In this document: positions 57,004 to 64,000 of the stretch, one piece after another | How the letters are laid out: each line of letters opens with the position of its first letter | Position numbering within the stretch: the stretch's first letter is position 1 | Assembly (NCBI GenBank): GCA_963735595.1 | Contig: CAVTLK010000005.1 | Coordinates: 192,001-256,000, forward strand | Direction of reading: 5' to 3' | DNA: 64,000 nt | Source: an uncultured delta proteobacterium | GTDB lineage: Bacteria; Desulfobacterota; Zymogenia; Zymogenales; Zymogenaceae | Made by a program: the position numbers and the translations under genes | Notes under the pieces: model-generated | What the model was told of the DNA's origin: nothing | The model's database searches: none | The model's input: the letters and a program-made list of their open reading frames with translations, nothing else

Positions 57004-57951
57004 ATGGATATGATCGAGGTTAAGAACCTTACCAAGTTTTACGGCCCTCACGCCGCACTGAAAGACGTGAGCTTTACGGTAAAGAAGGGGGAGATCCTGG
57101 GCTTCCTCGGCCCTAACGGCGCCGGGAAAACCACCACGATGTCCATCCTGACCTGCCTGTTCCCCCCGACCTCGGGCTCGGCATCCGTGGGCGGGTTTGA
57201 CGTGCTGGACGACCCCATCAAGGTCAAGCGGCAGATCGGCTACCTCCCCGAGAACATCTACCTCTATACCGATATGACCGTTATCGGCTACCTGAAGTTT
57301 GTTGCCGAGATCAAGGGGATCGCCAAGAAAGAACGGCAGGCTGCCGTCGATAAGGTCATCGTGCTGACCGAGACCGGCAGCGTCGCCGGCCGCGGGATCA
57401 AGAAGCTCTCCCGCGGGTACCTTCAGCGGGTGGGCATCGCCCAGGCGCTGCTCGGCGACCCGCCGCTGCTGATCTTCGACGAGCCGACGATCGGCCTGGA
57501 CCCGATGCAGATCATCTCCATCAGGAACCTGATCAAGTCGCTTGGCGGCCAGCGCACGATCCTCCTCTGCAGCCACATCCTGCCCGAGGTGAGCCAGATC
57601 TGCGGGCGGGTCATCATCATCAACGAGGGTGAGCTTATCGCGGTCGATACCCCGGCCAACCTCGGCCGGCGGATGAAGGGCAGGGGCCGCATCATCATTA
57701 CCGTCCAGGGCCCCGCGGACGAGGTCGCCAAGACGCTTTCGGGCGTGCCGGGTGTAACGGGGGTCAAGCAGGAGGAGGCGAGCCTCTTCGGGACGTCCTA
57801 CCTTGTCCAGTCCAAGGACGACCAGGAAGTCAGGCCAGACCTGGCAAAGGCCGTCGTGCAGAGCAACTTCAAACTGATCGAGCTCAAGGCAAAAGACGTG
57901 ACGCTCGAAGACATCTTTATCAAACTCGTTACGGAAGAAACGGAGGCCTAA
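57004..57951 (+). CDS. ABC-2 ATP-binding protein (GldA-like)
   Basis: GPNGAGKTT, LSRGYLQRVGIAQA, FDEPTIGLDP. Confidence 0.92.
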   Translation: MDMIEVKNLTKFYGPHAALKDVSFTVKKGEILGFLGPNGAGKTTTMSILTCLFPPTSGSASVGGFDVLDDPIKVKRQIGYLPENIYLYTDMTVIGYLKFVAEIKGIAKKERQAAVDKVIVLTETGSVAGRGIKKLSRGYLQRVGIAQALLGDPPLLIFDEPTIGLDPMQIISIRNLIKSLGGQRTILLCSHILPEVSQICGRVIIINEGELIAVDTPANLGRRMKGRGRIIITVQGPADEVAKTLSGVPGVTGVKQEEASLFGTSYLVQSKDDQEVRPDLAKAVVQSNFKLIELKAKDVTLEDIFIKLVTEETEA

Positions 57952-57954
57952 CCG

Positions 57955-58728
57955 ATGAAAAATATATGGGCTCTCTATAAGAAGGAGATGAACTCCTACT
58001 TCACGTCGCCGGTGGCGTACGTGATTATCTTTATCTTCCTGGTTATTGCCGGGTTCTTCTTCTTCTCGATGATATTCTCGTTTTCCAAGGTGACCTCCGA
58101 GTATATGAACTACCCCGAATACATGGATTACCTGAACCTCGGGGAGTGGGTGGTGCGGCCGCTGTTCGGCAACCTCTCGGTGATTCTCCTCTTTATGCTG
58201 CCGATACTCACGATGCGGCTCATCGCCGAGGAAAAACGGTCGGGGACGCTCAAGCTGCTGCTCTCGTACCCGGTCAGGGATATCGAGGTGCTGCTGTCCA
58301 AGTTCTTTGCCGCCGAGACGGTGCTCATTGCCATGTTCGTGTTGACCGCGCCCATCCCGATCTTCCTGTTTGCCTACGGCGAGCCGGAATGGGGGGTGAT
58401 CCTCACCAATTACCTCGGCATGATCCTGATGACGGGGGCGTTCGTCTCGCTGGGCCTGTTTGCGTCGTCGGTGACCGAGCGTCAGGTGGTGGCGGCGGTC
58501 ATCACGTTCGGGGCGCTGATCCTCATCTGGGTCATCAACTGGGCCAAGGACCTGGCGGGCTTTACGGTGGGAACGATCCTTGACGACATCTCGCTGCTTT
58601 CGCATATCGAGAACTTCACGAAGGGGGTGATCGTCACCCACGATATCGTCTACTACGTCCTCTTTACCTCCTTCTTCCTTTTCCTGGCCCTCACGGCCCT
58701 GCAGTCCCGCACGTGGAGGAGCAAATGA
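57955..58728 (+). CDS. ABC-2 permease (GldF-like)
   Basis: KEMNSYFTSPVAY, TMRLIAEEKRSGT. Confidence 0.9.
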   Translation: MKNIWALYKKEMNSYFTSPVAYVIIFIFLVIAGFFFFSMIFSFSKVTSEYMNYPEYMDYLNLGEWVVRPLFGNLSVILLFMLPILTMRLIAEEKRSGTLKLLLSYPVRDIEVLLSKFFAAETVLIAMFVLTAPIPIFLFAYGEPEWGVILTNYLGMILMTGAFVSLGLFASSVTERQVVAAVITFGALILIWVINWAKDLAGFTVGTILDDISLLSHIENFTKGVIVTHDIVYYVLFTSFFLFLALTALQSRTWRSK

Positions 58729-60203
58729 TGAAGAAACTCTGGTCGACCATACGAGACTTCTTTAAGCGAATCGAGTTCGAGCCCCTCACGAGGGGCCAGA
58801 AATATGGGGTGAGCACGGTCGTGGCGGTGATCCTGGTTTTGGCCATGGTCGTCTTTCTCGAGGTGATCTCCTATAAACACAACAAGCAGTTTGACCTCAC
58901 CGAGGATAAGCGGTACACCGTGTCGATGGAATCGACCAACGTCCTCAAATCGCTGACCGGCGAGCTCAAGGCCGTGGCCTTCTGCACCAGGGACGACGTC
59001 AAGACGAAGGTCGGCGACCTCCTGGAGCAGTACAAATACGCGTCGGGCGGCAGCTTCGAGTACCGCTTTGTTGACCTCTACCTTTCCCCCGGAGAGGCCA
59101 AGACCTACACCGTGACCGAGGACAACACCATCGTTTTCATCTACGGCGACCGCGAGGAGCGGGTGGTGCTGACCGAGACCGATCTCATGGGGTCCGGGGA
59201 GCAGAAGCTGACCAACGCGATCCTCAAGGTGACATCCACCGAGGCCAAGTCGGTCTATTTCCTCACGCGGCACGGAGAGCGGGACATCGCGCTGGAGACC
59301 GAGGAGGGGTTTTCCCGGATAGCGACGCGGCTGGAGAGCCAGAATTACGTCGTCAAGCCGCTGGACCTCTTATCCGCACCCACGGTGCCGGAAGACACGG
59401 CGGCCCTGATTATCGCCGGCCCCCAGAAAGACCTGTTTGACGCGGAGATTACCGCCATCGGCGACTATCTCGCCGGCGGGGGATCGCTCCTGGTGATAAT
59501 GGACCCGGGCGTTGAGGTCCCCCGGCTGGCGGCGCTCCTCAAATCCGTCGGAATCGCGATGCCCAATGATGTCGTCATCGACCGGGACAGCAAGGTGCTG
59601 GGCGGTGACTACCTGCTGCCGGTGGCAAGCACCTATCTCAAGCACCCGATCACGAAGGACCTGACGGTCCTCTCGTTCTATCCCTATACGCGTTCGGTCC
59701 TGATTAACGAAACGGCCGCCGAGAGCGCGGGGTGGAACCTCGGCTACCTGGTCAACACCGGCCCGAACAGCTGGGCCGAGACGGACCTGGGCGCGCTGCG
59801 CGAAGGCAAGGCGGAGTTCACCCCGGGCGTCGATACGGTGGGCCCCGTGGCGGTGGCGGTCGAGGGGGCAAAAGAGATTACCTCCGACGATGAAGCCGAC
59901 GATGAGGCCGAGCCCAAAGAGGCGCGGATCGTGGTCTTCGGCAGCTCGAGCTTCGTTGCCAACAGCTATTACCTCATGGCCGAATCCAACGCCTCCAACG
60001 TCGATATCTTCCTCAATTGTGTCAACTGGCTTGCCGGCAATGAGAACCTCATCAGCATCCACGCTAAGGAGACCAAGTCTTCGCCGCTCTTCCTCACGGG
60101 GTACCAGGGGCTGGTGATATTTATCGTCTGCGTGGTTCTCGTTCCCCTGGCCGTCCTGGGGGCGGGGGTCTTTGTCTATCTCAGGAGGAGGTTTGTGGAA
60201 TGA
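58725..60203 (+). CDS. GldG-family ABC auxiliary protein
   Basis: DLTEDKRYTVS, EQKLTNAI, YFLT.HGE, GGSLL, NCVNWL, C-terminal TM. Confidence 0.87.
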   Translation: MMKKLWSTIRDFFKRIEFEPLTRGQKYGVSTVVAVILVLAMVVFLEVISYKHNKQFDLTEDKRYTVSMESTNVLKSLTGELKAVAFCTRDDVKTKVGDLLEQYKYASGGSFEYRFVDLYLSPGEAKTYTVTEDNTIVFIYGDREERVVLTETDLMGSGEQKLTNAILKVTSTEAKSVYFLTRHGERDIALETEEGFSRIATRLESQNYVVKPLDLLSAPTVPEDTAALIIAGPQKDLFDAEITAIGDYLAGGGSLLVIMDPGVEVPRLAALLKSVGIAMPNDVVIDRDSKVLGGDYLLPVASTYLKHPITKDLTVLSFYPYTRSVLINETAAESAGWNLGYLVNTGPNSWAETDLGALREGKAEFTPGVDTVGPVAVAVEGAKEITSDDEADDEAEPKEARIVVFGSSSFVANSYYLMAESNASNVDIFLNCVNWLAGNENLISIHAKETKSSPLFLTGYQGLVIFIVCVVLVPLAVLGAGVFVYLRRRFVE

Positions 60204-61993
60204 GGCCGAAAGCCCTCCTGATTATCGCGGCGGCGTTTGTGCTGGTCGTCTCCTTTTACGTCGTCTTCGAGAAGGTTTACCTCCCGAAGAAGGAAAAGGC
60301 CAAGGAGAAGGAAGACAGGGTCTTTTCGCTGGAACGGGAAGACCTTGACCTCATCGCGATCGACTCGGAAACCACAAAGATCATCCTCGTCAAGGAAAAC
60401 GACCGCTGGATGATGACCGCCCCCATCAAGACCGAGACGGACACGGGCGAGGTGGAATCGTTCATCGCCACGGTGCTGGACGCCCAGATCGGCCGGAAGC
60501 TCGGCGCCAAGGATGAACTCAAGGGCAGCCTTGCCGATTTCGGCCTTGACAAGCCGAAGCTGACCGTAACGCTGGGCGCAGGCGACGATACGCAGACCCT
60601 CTTATTCGGAACCGCAGTTGCCTCGGGTGACGAGGTATACGCGATGGCCAGCGGGAGCGACCAGGTCTTCCTGATCGACGGCTTCGTCATGGAAGACATC
60701 AATAAAGATACGACGACACTCAGGGACAAGGCGCTAATCGCCTTTTCACCCGACGACATCGTCACCCTCGCGGTCACGCGCGATTCTAAGACCGTCACGG
60801 TCAAGCGGCAGGCCGACGACTCGTGGCTTATTACCGAGCCGTTCGAGTTTTCGGCGGACACCGACGAGATAACCGATATCCTGGATTTCATCTCCGAGGA
60901 GGGGGCGGTCGGCTTTGCGCCGGAGGACGCCAAGCCTGCGGACTACGGCCTTGCGTCCCCGGTGATCACGCTCCTTCTGGTCGATGCGGACGGCGCGACC
61001 TCCCGGCTTTTGATAGGGAAGGAAGCCGGCGACGGCAGCTACTGGGCCATGCGCGAGGGCAGGCCGTCTATATTCATGGTCACGGAGCAGGTGAAAAACA
61101 AGCTGACGGTATCGGCCGATTTCATCATGAACAAATCCCTGCTTTCGTATATCGTCTCCGACGTAACGGCCTTTGAGTTAACGGGGCCGGACGGCGCGAT
61201 ATCCGCCGTGCGGGACGGCCGGGGCTGGAAGATCACCAAGCCCGAGGCGGTGCGGGGGGACAGGAGCGCCGTCAATACGCTCCTTTCGGACCTCAGGGAC
61301 ATGAAGCTCTCCGAGATCGTCCAGATGCCCGCCAAGGACCTCGGGCGCTACGGGCTTGACGCCCCGACGCTGGCCGTCACGGTCACGATCAAGGACGGCG
61401 ACAAAGAGAGAAAATCGACGCTGAAAATCGTTCGGGGCGCCGGGGAAACCTCATACGGGTATCTTTCATCGGGCTCATCCGGCTCATCGGGCTCGACGGG
61501 TGGTTTTATCTTCTCGATCCCCACGGAGACAATCTCGGCGGTCAACCCCACGCTTGCCTCGCTGAGAGACAGGGCGCTGCTCTCGTATGACCAGGATACG
61601 GTAACCGGGATCACCATCGCGGTCGGCGACAAGACCTACGGCTTCACGCGGAAGAAGGACGCCTGGAAGATGACGGAGCCCGACCGCAAAAAGATCGACG
61701 CCGAATCGATGAAATCCCTGCTCGAGGCGATCGGGGGTCTGTCCTATGCGGAGGTCCTGGCCGACACGAAAGAAGGCCTCAAGGACTGGGGGCTCGATGA
61801 GCCCGAGACCACCATCACGCTGACGGGCGCCGACGAAGAGCTCGGAACGATTTCGCTTGGAGAGCCCAAAGAGACCAACGACGGCCGATATTCGGCCGCG
61901 GTCTCGTCGTCGCTTGAGAAGGTATACAAAGTCAACACGGACCTCGTGGACGCAATCATCTTCGAGGCCGATATCATACAGGAAGGGAGGTAG
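60200..61993 (+). CDS. DUF4340 domain protein (three repeats)
   Basis: Three W...P..(F/Y/W)GL..P units; follows the GldG-like gene. Confidence 0.83.
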   Translation: MRPKALLIIAAAFVLVVSFYVVFEKVYLPKKEKAKEKEDRVFSLEREDLDLIAIDSETTKIILVKENDRWMMTAPIKTETDTGEVESFIATVLDAQIGRKLGAKDELKGSLADFGLDKPKLTVTLGAGDDTQTLLFGTAVASGDEVYAMASGSDQVFLIDGFVMEDINKDTTTLRDKALIAFSPDDIVTLAVTRDSKTVTVKRQADDSWLITEPFEFSADTDEITDILDFISEEGAVGFAPEDAKPADYGLASPVITLLLVDADGATSRLLIGKEAGDGSYWAMREGRPSIFMVTEQVKNKLTVSADFIMNKSLLSYIVSDVTAFELTGPDGAISAVRDGRGWKITKPEAVRGDRSAVNTLLSDLRDMKLSEIVQMPAKDLGRYGLDAPTLAVTVTIKDGDKERKSTLKIVRGAGETSYGYLSSGSSGSSGSTGGFIFSIPTETISAVNPTLASLRDRALLSYDQDTVTGITIAVGDKTYGFTRKKDAWKMTEPDRKKIDAESMKSLLEAIGGLSYAEVLADTKEGLKDWGLDEPETTITLTGADEELGTISLGEPKETNDGRYSAAVSSSLEKVYKVNTDLVDAIIFEADIIQEGR

Positions 61994-61997
61994 CAAC

Positions 61998-62324
61998 ATG
62001 GCGCGGATTACTGTAGAAGACTGCCTTGAGCACGTCGATAACCGCTTTCAGCTGGTGCACCTTGCGGCCCAGCGCACCAAACAGCTCAGGCGCGGCTCCG
62101 CAATCATGGTGGACTCGCCGGAGAACAAAGAGGTGGTACAGGCGCTGAGGGAGATCGCCGCCGGTAAGGTCAGCTTCGAGAACATCGGGGAGCTGGTCGT
62201 TCCGGAACGGGACATCTTCGAGGCGTATAACGAGAAACTCGATGAGGAGCACGTCCTGGACGCCGAAGAGGACGATCTGGAAGTAATCAACGGCGAGCCC
62301 GAGGACGACGAAGAGGACTTATGA
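61998..62324 (+). CDS. rpoZ: RNA polymerase omega subunit with acidic tail
   Basis: [33 protein letters not shown]. Confidence 0.95.
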   Translation: MARITVEDCLEHVDNRFQLVHLAAQRTKQLRRGSAIMVDSPENKEVVQALREIAAGKVSFENIGELVVPERDIFEAYNEKLDEEHVLDAEEDDLEVINGEPEDDEEDL

Positions 62325-62734
62325 GATTTCCCGATCCGCTGAAAAAGGGCCTTATCCTTTACGGGGACCAGGCGCACACGCCGGCAAGTCCCGAGCGCCT
62401 CGCGGAGTACGGAACAGCCTATGAATCCGAGGGAAGGGCTACCGACGCCCTCGAATTCTTCTGGCGTGCCGGGTTCACGGAAGGGATAGAGCGTATTGCC
62501 CGCGGCGCCGTAGACGAGGGGGATTTTTTCATCTATCGTCAGGCAATGACATACCTGGGACGCGACATGGGGGCAGGCGAGCTTTCGGCGCTGGGCAAAA
62601 ACGCCGAAGGGCGCGGGAAACTCGCCTTTGCCGTGGCGGCGGCCGAGCAGGCCGGGGATGATCGACGGGCAGCGGCGCTTGCCGCCGGGATGGGTAACGG
62701 TAACGGTGACGCCGATGGAAAAGAAAAACCGTAG
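62321..62734 (+). CDS. Hypothetical helical protein
   Basis: 137 aa, ATGA overlap with rpoZ. Confidence 0.7.
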   Translation: MRFPDPLKKGLILYGDQAHTPASPERLAEYGTAYESEGRATDALEFFWRAGFTEGIERIARGAVDEGDFFIYRQAMTYLGRDMGAGELSALGKNAEGRGKLAFAVAAAEQAGDDRRAAALAAGMGNGNGDADGKEKP

Positions 62735-62897
62735 CGGACGCCCCTGCGCCTACTGCGGCCGCCCGTCGGTGCCCGATTTCTTTCCCTTCTGTTCCGACCG
62801 GTGCCGGCTGATCGACCTTTCGGGCTGGTTTAACGAGGTCTATACGATACCGGCCGAAGAACCGCCCGACAACGAAGAACAGGAGACGATGCACTAA
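62715..62897 (+). CDS. yacG: DNA gyrase inhibitor YacG
   Basis: CAYCG..PFCSDRC.LIDL.GW..E.Y.IP. Confidence 0.9.
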   Translation: MEKKNRSGRPCAYCGRPSVPDFFPFCSDRCRLIDLSGWFNEVYTIPAEEPPDNEEQETMH

Positions 62898-62952
62898 CCG
62901 ACCCCGCCCATAACAGGCCTCGTAGCTATATCTTCCGAAGTGTAGCGGGATA

Positions 62953-63482
62953 CCTTTCTTATATATCCATTCTTCTTTGTTTCTTTGCGCCTTTGCGGTG
63001 ATCTCATCTGTCCCGATGCGAGGAGAGTCTCTCACCACAAAGACACAAAGGCACAAAGAAGGGACGCGCCCCAGGAAATGCAGTGGCCCGGGTATTTACC
63101 GGATATACTCCACCGTATGCCTGACTACTGAAGTCCTTTCTTATATATCTGTTTTTCTTCGTGTCTTTGTGCCTTCGTGGTGATCCCATCTATCCCGATG
63201 CGAGGAGAATCTCTCACCACAAAGACACAAAGGCACGAAGAAGGGACACGCCCCGGGAAATGTAGTCGCCCGATTATTTACCGGATATACTCCACCATAT
63301 GCCTGACTACTGAAGTCCTTTCTTATATATCCATTCTTCTTTGCTTCTTTGCGCCTTTGCGGTGATCCCATCTATCCCGATGCGAGGAGAATCTCTCACC
63401 ACAAAGACACAAAGGCACGAAGAAGGGACACGCCCCAGGAAATGTAGTTGCCCGATTATTTGCCGGATATACTCCACCGTAT
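62953..63482. repeat. 182-bp tandem repeat, about 2.9 copies, each with an internal inverted repeat
   Basis: CCTTTCTTATATATC at 62953, 63135 and 63317; CTTTGYGCCTTYGYGGTGA / TCACCACAAAGACACAAAG arms. Confidence 0.92.
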
Positions 63483-63536
63483 CGCTTAGGAAAGGGATTC
63501 AGTAATCAGGTATAACGCCCTGAGGAGATGCATCGT

Positions 63537-63857
63537 ATGCTCATCGTAACCACGCCCTCCGTGGAGGGTAAGTCGGTCACCCAACACCTGGGGCCCGTCT
63601 ACGGGCAATGCGTCGTCGGCGCGGGGTCCCTCAAGAGCTTTATCTCGGGGGTCAAAGACGTTCTCGGCGCGCGGCTTATCGTCCTCGAAGACGAGGTGCG
63701 CCATGCCCGGACCCTGGCCGTAAAAGACATGACCCGGGAGGCCGAGAAGGCGGGCGGTAACGCCGTCGTCGGGCTCTCCGTCTCGTACGCCTCGCTCGCC
63801 GAGGGCCAGCTCCTGCTGGTGGCGGCGACGGGTACGGCGGTAATCCTCGAAGACTGA
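63537..63857 (+). CDS. YbjQ/UPF0145 family protein
   Basis: MLIVTT..VEG..HLG.V.G..GGNAVVG..ATGTAV; GAGGAG RBS. Confidence 0.88.
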   Translation: MLIVTTPSVEGKSVTQHLGPVYGQCVVGAGSLKSFISGVKDVLGARLIVLEDEVRHARTLAVKDMTREAEKAGGNAVVGLSVSYASLAEGQLLLVAATGTAVILED

Positions 63858-64000
63858 TACAAATCAATCCCTAACTGCCTACAAAAAATACATAACCTTC
63901 CCTTTTTACTATAAAAACAGTCATATAGTGACACGAAAGAAAAACCACACCCTTTACAGGAGCACGCATATACTATACTATTGTAATAGGGATTTGGTTT

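Noticed and set aside
57004..61993. Gliding motility system
   Set aside because: GldA/F/G-like ABC systems are widespread in non-gliding bacteria and no motor or T9SS genes are present
62953..63482. CRISPR array or repeated small peptides
   Set aside because: Whole units repeat with no unique spacers, no cas genes, and the 182-bp period breaks reading frame

Overview
High-GC bacterial chromosome segment. The gene content (thiolase/DUF35, acyl-CoA dehydrogenases, sigma54 promoters, TIGR02266-like/HEAT protein, Gld-like ABC system) suggests an anaerobic Deltaproteobacteria/Desulfobacterota-type organism, which is inference only. The left ~44 kb is accessory: an FHA-Ser/Thr kinase(PQQ)-PP2C module, regulators with visible operators, a Tat-type AMMECR1-like protein, a secreted protein with a 175-residue Asp-rich tail, an ECF sigma factor, an FGGY kinase/2-hydroxyacid dehydrogenase fusion next to a class II aldolase, a hybrid histidine kinase, lipid catabolism genes, an inverse autotransporter with variable-loop repeats, and a CPBP-FG-GAP fusion. 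The right ~20 kb is more core-like: tRNA-Pro(TGG), pcnB, mtnA, gatCAB, Gld-like ABC, rpoZ, yacG, plus REP/MITE-like palindromes and a 182-bp tandem repeat. About 16 genes left of ~42 kb are broken by small indels and none to the right, most likely long-read consensus error. I saw no CRISPR array, rRNA, integrase or transposase. All family calls come from motif recognition by eye, not database searches.
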